Below, in pieces: positions 21,348 through 31,283 of a stretch of DNA of 64,000 bases (its first letter is position 1; every line of letters begins with the position of its first letter). The translations under genes and the position numbers were made by a program. The notes under the pieces are model-generated. The model was not told the DNA's origin and searched no databases. It worked only from the letters and a program-made list of their open reading frames with translations. The stretch is from a virus. Its lineage: Duplodnaviria > Caudoviricetes. Where the stretch lies: positions 1 to 64,000 of the IMG/VR virus record IMGVR_UViG_3300021255_000131. The stretch is one strand, 5' to 3'.

Positions 21348-21701
21348 TCAAGCGTAACATGTATCTGCCAGTTTTGACCAAGCTGCCCATATTTCCGCAT
21401 CCGGTGTTATTATTTCAGCAGGATAAATCGTATCGGAATCGTCATATTCTTCCTTATAAAGAACTTGACCGGTTTGCAATTTGCATTGCGTACAAATTAT
21501 ATTTCTTAAATAATATCGCATACAAGCCCATTTGTGATCTCTTCTTCCGTGATATATGATTTGCTCCTGAATTGCTGGAGAGCCACCGCAAACAGGACAC
21601 TTTTGCTTGTTATTATATGTGCCATTACTGTCTTTTATGATGCATGGTTCTTCTATTTCTTCGATCCAATCCCATCTATCTGTATCTTTGTTTATGATCA
21701 T
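21348..21701 (-). CDS. Zn-ribbon protein, Lar (restriction alleviation)-like
   Basis: CPVCGG...IICTQC...AAW pattern. Confidence 0.45.
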   Translation of the reverse strand: MIINKDTDRWDWIEEIEEPCIIKDSNGTYNNKQKCPVCGGSPAIQEQIIYHGRRDHKWACMRYYLRNIICTQCKLQTGQVLYKEEYDDSDTIYPAEIITPDAEIWAAWSKLADTCYA

Positions 21702-21827
21702 TCAATATTCCTCGTTTCTAAAACAAGATTTGTTTATTGTTGAATACGGCTTCATGAATTAAACGTGAGATTAAGTCCAGCAGTGTGCATTCGCTCTCGC
21801 TGAGAACCAGACACCATATCATTTATG

Positions 21828-22034
21828 TTATGTCCATTGAACATTGCTGTTTGCAGAAAACGGGAGGCGGTTATTACGCATTACAGATACGTCAACATCA
21901 AACCCGGCATCTTCAAGTGCTTGTTCAGCATAATATCTCAACGTTTCCTCTGAAGCTTCATCGTCGTAGAACTCGCCAGTGATAACAATCTTCAAAGTTG
22001 TAGTCACTTTGTTTGGCTTGTCCTTTGTTACCAT
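21828..22034 (-). CDS. Hypothetical protein
   Basis: ORF with AGGAG RBS in the small-gene cluster. Confidence 0.5.
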   Translation of the reverse strand: MVTKDKPNKVTTTLKIVITGEFYDDEASEETLRYYAEQALEDAGFDVDVSVMRNNRLPFSANSNVQWT

Positions 22035-22052
22035 AATAAAACTCCTACGTTC

Positions 22053-22469
22053 TCAAACGCAAGATTTGATCGCCGTTACAATATAATCGATGAGTTCTTT
22101 AATGCTATCAATCGACATGCCGACGTTTTCAAACGTAGCGGTTTTGGCAATCAACATTTCGATGCTTGTTGTTTTTCCTGGAACGAAGATGGCGGCAATG
22201 ATGAATATCACTGAGACTACGGATAATATTCTGCCGCGCTTAATCCATTTCAAAGCCTTCTGCATTTCTTTATGATCAATAACGTAATCATACTTTTTGG
22301 CTGCGCTGTCGTATTCTCTATCGTAGGCGTCCGATTTTACACTCCATCCGTATATTAGTGCGATAATCCCGCCAACAAAGCCAAAACTGCCGAGAACAGC
22401 GAGCGCGATCTGCAATGTCCCGAGCACGTTGATCCAATAGAATACAGACGGGTCAATAATATAAGTCAT
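22053..22469 (-). CDS. Two-TM membrane protein
   Basis: Probable start MTYIIDPSVFYW after AAGGAG; two hydrophobic helices. Confidence 0.6.
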   Translation of the reverse strand: MTYIIDPSVFYWINVLGTLQIALAVLGSFGFVGGIIALIYGWSVKSDAYDREYDSAAKKYDYVIDHKEMQKALKWIKRGRILSVVSVIFIIAAIFVPGKTTSIEMLIAKTATFENVGMSIDSIKELIDYIVTAIKSCV

Positions 22470-24252
22470 TTTATAGTCTCCTTTACTCATCCTCAACTTC
22501 AGAACCATTCCACGCATAGCATGTGATTCCATGTTCCTCTAACGTATCAAGCAGACGATCTTCAGCTTGTTCCTGAGTCTCACCATCTTTCACTTCTATG
22601 CGCAAACTGGCTCCGCTGATTCTAAGAACTTTCATGTTTTCTCCTTTATCGTGTCCTTTAGTGATGTTCGAGGTTGGGGCTTGCCGCCGTTGACAAGCCC
22701 CGTACCCTCTATCACGCCGACAGCTTTCAGAGGCTAGGTATCCTGCCACCCTCTCACACCAGCATGGCTGTCGGTTACTCACAATGTTATTTTTTGTACC
22801 TACAATCGTCGCAGTTAAACTCTTGACAATCTTCGCACGGTGAATGCTTTCTCAAAAGATTCAAAACCCCGTAGTAAAACATATAATTTGTTTGCGGTTC
22901 GCCAGAATCTATGGATTGTTTGCACCGTTCGATGATCTCTTCTGCGTCCATATGTTAAGCTCCTATTTAATGTGTCCGATTGGTAACCTCTAATCTTCTA
23001 TCAGCGGACAATGGTCTGAGCGTCTATCTGTGCATTCCACTATCTCTGCTTGCCATGCTGGTACACCAGGAACGAACCGGCAATAATGTGCTTCGTCTTG
23101 AAATGGGCAATCTTTACATGATTTTGGCATATCAATATCAATCATTATCTTTACCATGCTGTTCTCCTATTGCGTTATTAAATAAATAATGCACTACCCT
23201 TCTTTTACCATTCATTAAAATCCCATCCAATCGGATCTCCTGTATTATTATCAAAATTTAAATATTCATCCGATTCATAGCACTCTTTACAAAGCCACCC
23301 ATTTTTGCTATACGTAGTTCTCTTCATCTCTTTCTGTTCATATCTTTTCCCGCAAATTCCACACATACGATAATACTTTCTACCCTTTTTCAATCCCAGC
23401 TTCATAGCCTCTCTTCGCTCCTATCTAAGTTATGTCCATATAAACATCATCTTCGCTGGTGCTTTCTGGACATATTGAATAATCTCGGTTTTCTTCTGTG
23501 ATGGTGCATGTTTTGAGGCATTCTTCTGTGGCCTGAAACCCTAAATACCAAGGACAATCCATTTTATTTATCCTCCTATTTTAAGTATGGTCATTGGCCG
23601 TCCATTCTTGCTGTTTTTTCATAGTGGTCTTGACATCGTAGTAAGTATCATACGCACCTTGTCTGCGGCACATTGGACACTCCCATGTCCACTGCCCATT
23701 TGAAAACTTTATGTCCCACGGTCGCTTATGAAGTTCACAATATCCATCCATGATTAAACTCCTATTTAGATTACGGTTGACCGATATACGTTAGCGTCAC
23801 GGATAGCCACGGAGTCGAACCGAACCACCGAAAGTCACCACTACGCCACCCAATGGCATCCGGCGTATACCAGCAAATTAAACTCCTATTGACAGCCCCA
23901 TCTTTATTTGATAACAACTATCTTATCAACTAATGATTCAACCAACGGGCAACTATCCATTCGCTTATTTAGCACATTGAAGGCGTATCCGCGCTGGTCG
24001 TGAGTAATACGGCACATTGGATAATCGCCATTGTCATCAAGAGCGAAGCACTCATCACAGCACGATGGCATTTTGATATCTTTAATCGCTATCATCTCAG
24101 CCCCGTTTCCGGGGCGATGCTAATCCAATGGGTAATTGCCGCCCACGTCCATAGCATCACCCCCTTTGTTGTTTGTGTCAGAGTTTGTAGTAGTGTGTAA
24201 AAGTGTACGCCTTCTACCGAAGGCAGCGATTGGATCCAAATGATCAGCCTTC

Positions 24253-24519
24253 TTATGTCAGCATGTTCAGAAACTCAGCCTCGCCGACCTCGACAGCCAG
24301 GCCTTTGAAACAGGCGTTGTTCCAGCACCATTTATGATTGTCTTCTTTGATTATGTAGCGCGGATCCGGATTATAATGATCAAAGAGGCCATCTATTGTA
24401 ACGACAGCACCCAGATAGCGGTCCATCAGGCCCTCCGGGTTTTGACACGCGGCTCTGTTCGCAGGCCAGTGATCGACAACCTGCACACGATCTCCAGGCT
24501 TATAAACATAAGACATCAT
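24253..24519 (-). CDS. Small SH3/KOW-like protein with EFxxML tail
   Basis: 'YKPGDRVQVV..MDRYLGAVVTI..Y.IKED..W.W'; ends EAEFLNMLT. Confidence 0.65.
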   Translation of the reverse strand: MMSYVYKPGDRVQVVDHWPANRAACQNPEGLMDRYLGAVVTIDGLFDHYNPDPRYIIKEDNHKWCWNNACFKGLAVEVGEAEFLNMLT

Positions 24520-24953
24520 GTTTTCCTCTGCGCGATTCTGGCGACGACGCTGGAGGTATCATAGGTTTCAACGCGCGTCGAACCGTCCGGCAGCCAGATT
24601 TCTACCTGGCGCTGCGGTTCAAAGGGCGGCAGATCCTTAGCGTTTTCAGGTGCGCAGCGACAGCATAGAGGATAGATCCAGCCGGCGGTCTCTTTGTCAG
24701 CCGGGAAGGCTCCGCATTTGGCACAGGTCCAGGCGCTAACATGGGTGTAATCGTCGATCAGACGTTCCGTTTCAGAATATCCGCTGTCAGCCGAGAAATA
24801 CAGCCGCAGCGTGCCGAACTTTTCTTTCAGCTGCTCGACATGAAAGTTTTTGACGACGCCGTCGTCGACCAACTGCTGAATATCGCTGTCCAGGCTGACA
24901 CAAAGATCTTTCCAGCCGACCGGAAGATCGTCCGGATCAAGATATTTCAACAT
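24516..24953 (-). CDS. Phage hypothetical protein with Zn ribbon
   Basis: 'QLKEKFGTLRLY' and 'TCAKCG..WIYPLC..C'. Translationally coupled to neighbours. Confidence 0.6.
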   Translation of the reverse strand: MLKYLDPDDLPVGWKDLCVSLDSDIQQLVDDGVVKNFHVEQLKEKFGTLRLYFSADSGYSETERLIDDYTHVSAWTCAKCGAFPADKETAGWIYPLCCRCAPENAKDLPPFEPQRQVEIWLPDGSTRVETYDTSSVVARIAQRKT

Positions 24954-24954
24954 G

Positions 24955-25458
24955 TCACGCGCCTCCGTTCAGAATCTCTATTGCTTTTTGCACGTCCTCT
25001 TCGCTCAGGCCGTTTTCATAGAACTGCGTATTGACAAAATGCTGATTGAACTCGGGCTCGTCGAAGCCTTCAAAGATATCGTCGTCCAGGACACACCAAT
25101 GGGACACCGGTTGCCCGTTCTGGCGGTATTCAGCGATCAATTCTTCGATCTGCTCTTTTCTGTGACCGTCGTTCTCATCAACAGAAGTCATATCATAGAT
25201 TTTCAGACCCTCGGCTTTCAGCTTTGACATCAGCTCGATCGCGAACGGGTCTTCCTGAAGCTCCAGGGGCATACCGACAAGTATACTCCGCCGCCATGTA
25301 GAGGACAGAACGATCTTTGCACCGGTTGCGTCGATGATTTTACGCAGAAGCTTCACCTTTTCCGGGTCGACGCCGTAGTAAATGCCGACACTGTATTTAC
25401 ATCGATCATAATTCAGTACGCCGTCGACGTCGAGAAATAACAGTTTCACAGGCATCAC
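24955..25458 (-). CDS. HAD-superfamily phosphatase (RNA-repair-associated type)
   Basis: FLDVDGVLN, IVLSSTWR and VLDDD motifs. Confidence 0.85.
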   Translation of the reverse strand: MMPVKLLFLDVDGVLNYDRCKYSVGIYYGVDPEKVKLLRKIIDATGAKIVLSSTWRRSILVGMPLELQEDPFAIELMSKLKAEGLKIYDMTSVDENDGHRKEQIEELIAEYRQNGQPVSHWCVLDDDIFEGFDEPEFNQHFVNTQFYENGLSEEDVQKAIEILNGGA

Positions 25459-25763
25459 CCTTTCAGTATGTCGTAGAAGTCATACGCGTTCGGCGCGGGC
25501 TGATCGAGCTCCTGAATGCAAGCATTGTTCCAGAACCAGCCGCCAAAGAAGGGGCCTTCGCCTCTGTCTTCTACCATTCTGTATTCCGGCCTGGCAGGAT
25601 CGCCGCCAAGAAGCTTGACAGACTCGATGGTCATGACGGTGCCAAGATACTTGTCCATCTCTCCTCTTTCGTTTTCATAGCACGCGCCGCCAGGATCCCA
25701 GCGATCTACGATTCGCACTCTGTCGCCGAGCTCGTAGACTATATTGCCTTCAATCGTTGTCAT
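25455..25763 (-). CDS. Small SH3/KOW-like protein, paralogue of 24253..24519
   Basis: 'YELGDRVRIVDRW..CYEN..MDKYLGTVMTI..WFWNNACI'; ends DFYDILKG. Confidence 0.65.
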   Translation of the reverse strand: MTTIEGNIVYELGDRVRIVDRWDPGGACYENERGEMDKYLGTVMTIESVKLLGGDPARPEYRMVEDRGEGPFFGGWFWNNACIQELDQPAPNAYDFYDILKG

Positions 25764-26128
25764 ATCGTATCTCCAAAGTAGTATTTTGTGACGCGGTCAT
25801 CGTTGATCCAGCGGGAGAAGCTGTCTTCCATCCAGTTTGCGAGACCGGCGGGTACGACAATGATGCAAGGAACAGACCTTCTTTTCATATCGTCTTTACT
25901 GAAGGAGGAGTTGCCGCAAAAACGCCAGTCCTCGCTTGGCTCAAGTACCAGATCGTCGAAAGGGAATGTGACATCCTTCACGTCGGAGACGTATTCAGCG
26001 TAAACCGCGCCCGCGTTGTGCTCATAGGGGACGTCATTCCAATCATCCCCGGTCCAATCGGCCAGACCGTCTTCGCCCAAATAGAAGCGAACGGTCTGGC
26101 CTTTCTTTTTGAAATCAATAATTTTCAT
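25760..26128 (-). CDS. Phage hypothetical protein
   Basis: 'MKIIDF..VRFYLG..GDDWNDVPYEHNAG'. Confidence 0.6.
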   Translation of the reverse strand: MKIIDFKKKGQTVRFYLGEDGLADWTGDDWNDVPYEHNAGAVYAEYVSDVKDVTFPFDDLVLEPSEDWRFCGNSSFSKDDMKRRSVPCIIVVPAGLANWMEDSFSRWINDDRVTKYYFGDTI

Positions 26129-26175
26129 GTCTATACACCTGTAATACACTGACGGCGCTTTCTACGCGCTTTTGT

Positions 26176-26850
26176 TCAGATATGGCAATCCACAAAGCTG
26201 ACGTACGGATTGGTTGTCTCATCCGTGATATAAGCGTCCCATTCGTCGAGGTAAGCCTGGTTTGAATCGGCGTTCGTATCGTCTACGGCGAACCAGCCGA
26301 CAGTTCCGGGGGCGTGCCATTGGCCGTCCGGCGTGACGAACGCGAACGGAGCCATTGATTTGCAGCGCCTGAGGTACTGATCAAAGGTCCCGTAGCGTTT
26401 GATATAGTATTCGGGTTTCCATAACTGCGGCGGATCTTGCTCTATTCCGTCAATGACATAATTTTGCCAGAAGGCTCTGCGTTCTTCCTCGTCGCAGAGC
26501 GGATCCTCGTAGATATACTGATTTTTTCTGTGAAAACCGCGCGCGTCCTCGGTTTCTCCGGGTTTCAGCTTGTATAAATACTCGCGTGCGTCCAGCGTAT
26601 ACCAGTCCCATTTAGCGTTCGGATTGCACATATAACCCGTTTGGCCGTTTTCATCAAGACAATAGCCTGTTTTCTTAAGCCACGTTTCAAAATCGCAATC
26701 CTTCGGATCTTTTTTGTAGTCTTCGATGAGCGAGTTTCTGCCGACAGGATGAAATTCGAAATAAGCTTCATCAGATTCGTTGTATGGCGCGAGAAGACGA
26801 TCGAAATCGCGCGGGTCATCGGCGAACACCGCAACAGTGTAATGACTCAT
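26176..26850 (-). CDS. Phage hypothetical protein
   Basis: 'MSHYTVAV..NPNAKWDWY..FAFVTPDGQWH..G.VGWF..VDCHI'. Confidence 0.65.
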   Translation of the reverse strand: MSHYTVAVFADDPRDFDRLLAPYNESDEAYFEFHPVGRNSLIEDYKKDPKDCDFETWLKKTGYCLDENGQTGYMCNPNAKWDWYTLDAREYLYKLKPGETEDARGFHRKNQYIYEDPLCDEEERRAFWQNYVIDGIEQDPPQLWKPEYYIKRYGTFDQYLRRCKSMAPFAFVTPDGQWHAPGTVGWFAVDDTNADSNQAYLDEWDAYITDETTNPYVSFVDCHI

Positions 26851-26886
26851 AGTGTTCCTTTCCCTTTGCCAGCGCAAAGCGTTTGT

Positions 26887-27189
26887 TTATTTTTGCCGTA
26901 TCGCGGCGAGGCGCTCTGTCAGCGCCCGCCGCTGCTCCTCTGTGATTTGACGCTTCTTCTTTGGACGGATTGTAACCCAGCTGATCGGCAGAGCCGCCTC
27001 AAAACCGCCCTCGTCACAGCGAACAACCTCGGTTTCATCCTGATGCTGTGTACACAGGTCAGCCAGAGATCTGGCGACAGATATTTTGCTCGTATACACG
27101 TATGCCTTTTTGTCGGCATAGCTCAGGTTGATCGTTGTCTCCTGTTCTTCGATGGCGGTCGGCATGAGCGTAATGTGTTCATCCTTCAT
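26887..27189 (-). CDS. Hypothetical protein
   Basis: 'EEQETTIN..VYTS..LPISW..TEEQRRA'; RBS present. Confidence 0.6.
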   Translation of the reverse strand: MKDEHITLMPTAIEEQETTINLSYADKKAYVYTSKISVARSLADLCTQHQDETEVVRCDEGGFEAALPISWVTIRPKKKRQITEEQRRALTERLAAIRQK

Positions 27190-27273
27190 CGAAAGACCTC
27201 GTTGAGACGACGGCGAGCAGAACGACGCCAGTGAAGAGACCGATAAAGAATATGGCCACTACTCCAAGCATGC

Positions 27274-27624
27274 TCATTCTTCGTCCTCCTTCGCTGTTTC
27301 GTAGATCAGGTCATAGGTTTTGTTGGCGTTTGAACGTATTTCGAAGTTCTCGAGACCGCATTCTTTCTTCGCCGCCTCGACAGCGTCCTGAAAATTGGAA
27401 AATGTCTTTTTGCAAATCATGAATTCACCTGACTTGTCTCTCGATTGGGCCAGCCATTTCTTGGCGACAGCTTCAAGAACATCGTCTTCAGCATAAAAGC
27501 TGTCCCACGCGCCGGCATCCCTGGCCAAATTGCAGATCAGCTGACCGAGCCGCCAGTCTGGCACGAGATACCAGACGCGGCGGATGGTTTCGATAACGCT
27601 ATGGATTCTGTTTGGATCTCTCAT
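27274..27624 (-). CDS. Hypothetical protein
   Basis: 'MRDPNRI..W...PDWRLGQL' motif. Confidence 0.6.
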   Translation of the reverse strand: MRDPNRIHSVIETIRRVWYLVPDWRLGQLICNLARDAGAWDSFYAEDDVLEAVAKKWLAQSRDKSGEFMICKKTFSNFQDAVEAAKKECGLENFEIRSNANKTYDLIYETAKEDEE

Positions 27625-27801
27625 TTTCTTTCTCCGTGGCGATTGGTAAATCAGATTGATCGTTGAGCCAATACCATGTGCAGCGAGCCGGCATGCCCTC
27701 TTCTTTTTTGTCTTTGAACCAGCAGGTTTCGCACTTGTTGATCGAGCACAGCCATTCAGCCATCACTGGCAAAGGCATCTGGCGAAGCACTTCAAAATTG
27801 G

Positions 27802-28197
27802 TCATTTTTCAAGCGCCTGAATTTCGTGGTCAAGATACCACCGGGCCTTCTTCAGGTCCTGCAGTTTATTGCCTTTATGATCGGCGCGGGAGATGTATTT
27901 GACGACGTTGCCGAGGCAGAAATCCAGGCCTTTTGCTTCGATGAAATCGATGGTTTCGATGCCGCCGACGTTGTAATGATCCGGATGATTGACGGCTTCC
28001 TTCTTCGGCTTTTCGGCGGCCTCCGCTTTTGCCTTCGTTTTCTCAAGCGTGTCGGCCAGCCACTTATCGAAGCTGTTGTCTTTCTCGGATTCGGATTTCT
28101 TTTCCTTCGCGGCTTCCTCATCTTCGAGGAGCGACGCGAGGAAATCGAACGGGCCTACTTTTTCGCCCTGCGGGCGGGGAACATAGCTTGTAATCAT
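27802..28197 (-). CDS. DUF3310-family protein
   Basis: 'VNHPDHYN.GGIETIDFI..FCLGNVVKYISRA..K...DLKKARWYL'. Confidence 0.85.
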   Translation of the reverse strand: MITSYVPRPQGEKVGPFDFLASLLEDEEAAKEKKSESEKDNSFDKWLADTLEKTKAKAEAAEKPKKEAVNHPDHYNVGGIETIDFIEAKGLDFCLGNVVKYISRADHKGNKLQDLKKARWYLDHEIQALEK

Positions 28198-28682
28198 TTT
28201 ATACCTCCTGTAGAACCGAAGCCGCCGTCGCGGCCTGCCATCAGAATATGATCGTTCGTAGCGATGCCGTACGGCAAAATGATGCCTTGCGCGAAACGGT
28301 CTCCCGCGCTCAGCTCAACGGGCGTATCAGCCACCATTTTGATGGCGATATGCCCTTCGTTTTTCGCGCTGAAGTAATCGCTGTCAACAATGCCGACCGT
28401 GTTTAGCAAACGCAGCCCGTACTTGAAGCCCAAGCCGGAGCGGGGGAACAGCGCCAACATCCAGCCCTTGTCGAGCCGGACACGGATGCCTGTGTGGATC
28501 AGCACAGGTTTGTTGGCTATGACCAGCGATTGCGGCAGATAAAAATCATACCCCGCCGAGCCGGTTGTGGCCCGGCTCGGCATGTGGATATCTGCGTATT
28601 CGAGTGGCTCCGCGTCGGCGGAACCGTAAACATCCAAGGCGTACTGCTCCTTGGACACTTTCATGAAAGTAGCTACATTCAA
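28194..28682 (-). CDS. dut: Trimeric dUTPase
   Basis: SAGYD, PRSG, GIVDSDY, RFAQ and RDGGFGSTG motifs. Confidence 0.95.
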   Translation of the reverse strand: MNVATFMKVSKEQYALDVYGSADAEPLEYADIHMPSRATTGSAGYDFYLPQSLVIANKPVLIHTGIRVRLDKGWMLALFPRSGLGFKYGLRLLNTVGIVDSDYFSAKNEGHIAIKMVADTPVELSAGDRFAQGIILPYGIATNDHILMAGRDGGFGSTGGIK

Positions 28683-29641
28683 GACTTTTCTTCCTCCAAA
28701 ACAACGGGAAAACGCTCGTATTCGGCGAACAGTTTGGCGGCCGTCTCTTCATCGAGATGGCTGATGGTGACCGTATAGAGGGGCTGAGGAATTTCAGGAG
28801 ACACAGAATCATCTTCTTTCTGCGCAAGCAGGGCGGCAATGGCAAGGTCCTGCGTGATAGAGCCGGCGATACCGTCGGCAACGAGTTGACAATCCAGCTG
28901 GAATTCAGTGACGGCGCGTTTTGTTTCGGAGCCGTACTTGCCGTTCGCGCCGTCTTTTGGCAGGCTGTAGCCAAGCTCCATCAGATTCTGCTGCAGGACA
29001 CGCACGTCGTCACCCTCCGAGCCGCGCTTCAAAACGCGGTAATAATTGGACGTATACTCCTTGATTGGCTCGGTCGCCAGCTCGTCATAGAAAATTTGAC
29101 CAAGCTCCGCGCGTCTGCGCTGGTTTTCTTCCGTAGTGTTCGACGGCTTTTCATACATCAGCAGAAATACGTCCGACGCCTCCCTGACAGAGGTCGCGGC
29201 CATCAGCTTGCGCATGACGATCGAATAATTCTCGAGCTCGCGACAGATAAAGTACAGCTGGAACTGCAGGCTGCCGATCGAAACACCCAGAACTTTGGCG
29301 GCGGCAAGCATGTTCTGCTTGCGCGTGCGATAAGTCCACTGGGCGAGGCCGTAGCCGGCGTTATCATCGGCAAAATGCCTGTACTTGTCAGAATCGACGG
29401 CCTTTGTGTATTCCTGGTCTGTCATGCCAAGGGAACGCTCGTAGCTGTTTTGCAGGTTAACGGGGTTCAGCCCGGATTCCGCCTGAAGATTGCCCATGAC
29501 GCCGGCCGCAGCATAAGCGTTACCCAGAAACGAGACGAGCTCGGACCAGATTTCTAATTTGGTTTCTCGAGTGGCCAAGTTACCACCTACCTTAGTCTGT
29601 TGTCGTAATAATCCTGCAGGCAATAGGCGAGTATCGCGCAC
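28679..29641 (-). CDS. Phage-tail-lysozyme-type muramidase plus PG_binding_1 domain
   Basis: 'AAAGVMGNLQAESGLNP', 'GYGLAQWT', and 'LKRGSEGDDVRVLQ..G.YG.ET..AV..FQ..L.ADGIAG'. True start may be ~29581. Confidence 0.8.
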   Translation of the reverse strand: MRDTRLLPAGLLRQQTKVGGNLATRETKLEIWSELVSFLGNAYAAAGVMGNLQAESGLNPVNLQNSYERSLGMTDQEYTKAVDSDKYRHFADDNAGYGLAQWTYRTRKQNMLAAAKVLGVSIGSLQFQLYFICRELENYSIVMRKLMAATSVREASDVFLLMYEKPSNTTEENQRRRAELGQIFYDELATEPIKEYTSNYYRVLKRGSEGDDVRVLQQNLMELGYSLPKDGANGKYGSETKRAVTEFQLDCQLVADGIAGSITQDLAIAALLAQKEDDSVSPEIPQPLYTVTISHLDEETAAKLFAEYERFPVVLEEEKS

Positions 29642-29684
29642 AGGAAGAGGATGAGGATCCAGAAAATGTTGTCAGATATTGTTG

Positions 29685-30209
29685 TCATTGTTCCTTACCC
29701 GTCCAGGGGCCGACGCCAAGAGACATCTGGAACCCGCGGCCACACTCTTGTGTGCAATGGAAGACGTTAGGAAGCTGCGCGAACACGTCGCGGGCAACAT
29801 CTTCCATGAGCATCGTCTTCTTGCCCTGATAATCAGCCAGATTATCATCAAAGAACTGCACGGGCGCAGCGTTCCAGATGACGTAGGTAAATTCGCCCAG
29901 CGGGCTTTTGACATACTTCGTATCGATCAGCGCAGGGTTGTTTTCAAAGGCGGTGGCGTACACGTTGACATACTTGTCGGAAACAGCGTTGCCGGGGATG
30001 ACGCAGATCTGCACGGTGACATTGCCGAACACGGCTTCTTTGACGAGCAGCTGCTCAAGCGCCTCCGCCTTGACAGAACTTTCCACATATATGTTGATCT
30101 TCTGCGCTTGCTGATCGTAGACAACTTCGACGGCCGGATCGAACCTGAACATCGCCTTCAGCTCGTTCGCGAACGTGATCCATGGGGGAGATAACTGCAA
30201 ATTGTCCAT
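29685..30209 (-). CDS. Phage hypothetical protein
   Basis: 'LSPPW..F..DP..VQFFDDNLAD'; GGAGG RBS. Confidence 0.6.
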   Translation of the reverse strand: MDNLQLSPPWITFANELKAMFRFDPAVEVVYDQQAQKINIYVESSVKAEALEQLLVKEAVFGNVTVQICVIPGNAVSDKYVNVYATAFENNPALIDTKYVKSPLGEFTYVIWNAAPVQFFDDNLADYQGKKTMLMEDVARDVFAQLPNVFHCTQECGRGFQMSLGVGPWTGKEQ

Positions 30210-30259
30210 ACTCAGGACCTCCAATATAAAGAAATTGCAGCGGTCGGCCCGCTGCGGAA

Positions 30260-30332
30260 AGCTGGCGGAGGGACTTGAACCCTCAACCTGCTGATTACAA
30301 ATCAGCCGCTCTGCCGATTGAGCTACGCCAGC
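30260..30332 (-). tRNA. tRNA-Thr(TGT)
   Basis: GCTGGCG/CGCCAGC acceptor, CTGAT-TTGTAA-TCAG anticodon arm, GGTTCAAGTCC T arm. Confidence 0.92.
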
Positions 30333-30336
30333 GAAG

Positions 30337-30424
30337 CGGAGGCAGGTGGATTCGAACCACCGCGCGGCGCAAGCCGCCTATCGGTTTTCAGGACCGACCC
30401 CTTCAGCCGCTTGGGTATACCTCC
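30337..30424 (-). tRNA. tRNA-Ser(TGA)
   Basis: GGAGGTA acceptor, CCTGAAA loop, long variable arm, GGTTCGAATCC. Confidence 0.9.
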
Positions 30425-30612
30425 ATCAGCTTTTGCCGCCTGAAGAAGATGTACAACATGCAATCTCGCACTGCACCCCGTCGACCAACTGTTTATCGGG
30501 CCGATACACGTGCCTGCACATTTCTTCAGACGGCCATTGTCATTCTTCCGTGAGGAGTTACGCTACGCTCACATCAGCCGTTTTACTTTACGGTAACCGG
30601 CTTGCCGGCCAA

Positions 30613-30695
30613 TACGGGCAGAGGGACTCGAACCCTCACCGCCAAAAGGCGAGCGGTTTTTAAGACCGCTACGTAAGCCATTCCGTCATGCCCGC
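30613..30695 (-). tRNA. tRNA-Leu(TAA)
   Basis: GCGGGCA acceptor, GCGGT-CTTAAAA-ACCGC arm, variable arm, GGTTCGAGTCC. Confidence 0.9.
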
Positions 30696-30717
30696 AAAAG
30701 CCCGCCGAGGCGGGCGA

Positions 30718-31011
30718 TTAATCGAGAAGATCAAAGAACTCTTCTTCCGTTGGCTCTCTCGCGTCTTCTACAGGAGACGATATGTCAAGCCCGCCGACCT
30801 GACACAAGTCTTCGAAAGCGCTCAAGTTTATGTCTGCCGCATTCCAAGTTATAGTGCTCGGCGCCTCCCACAGTTGATAGCCAGACGTTGTGCCTGCATA
30901 ACTGCTGATCGTCGACCATGCCATTGGGGCGGTCGATGATGTGGCGGTCGTCCATGGTTGCGCAAGTGTCTGCGAGTCTATCCAATTTAAAAAACCACCT
31001 GTCGGCATCAC
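30718..31011 (-). CDS. Low-complexity hypothetical protein with EFFDLL tail
   Basis: Coupled to the upstream gene; ends EPTEEEFFDLLD. Confidence 0.5.
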   Translation of the reverse strand: MMPTGGFLNWIDSQTLAQPWTTATSSTAPMAWSTISSYAGTTSGYQLWEAPSTITWNAADINLSAFEDLCQVGGLDISSPVEDAREPTEEEFFDLLD

Positions 31012-31283
31012 GAATCCTCCAACAGTTTCATTAATTGATCCCGTTCAGGCAATTTCTCGTCAAAAACGGTGACAGTTTTCAGCGTCGTCCTGATGTTGGC
31101 GACGCTCTTGTAGCTCATGAGAGGAACCAACAAAGGATTGGAAATATCAGTACTACAGTAAGTACTGAAATCAAAACCATCCACGCCGGATACTTCGAGC
31201 CGGATGATCGGTTCATCATCCTTATCTGTGATCAGGATCTTTCTGGCTTTGCTCAGCCGCTCTTTTAAATTAAGGTCAGTCAT
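31008..31283 (-). CDS. Hypothetical protein
   Basis: Overlapping start/stop with both neighbours; ends ERDQLMKLLEDS. Confidence 0.55.
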   Translation of the reverse strand: MTDLNLKERLSKARKILITDKDDEPIIRLEVSGVDGFDFSTYCSTDISNPLLVPLMSYKSVANIRTTLKTVTVFDEKLPERDQLMKLLEDS

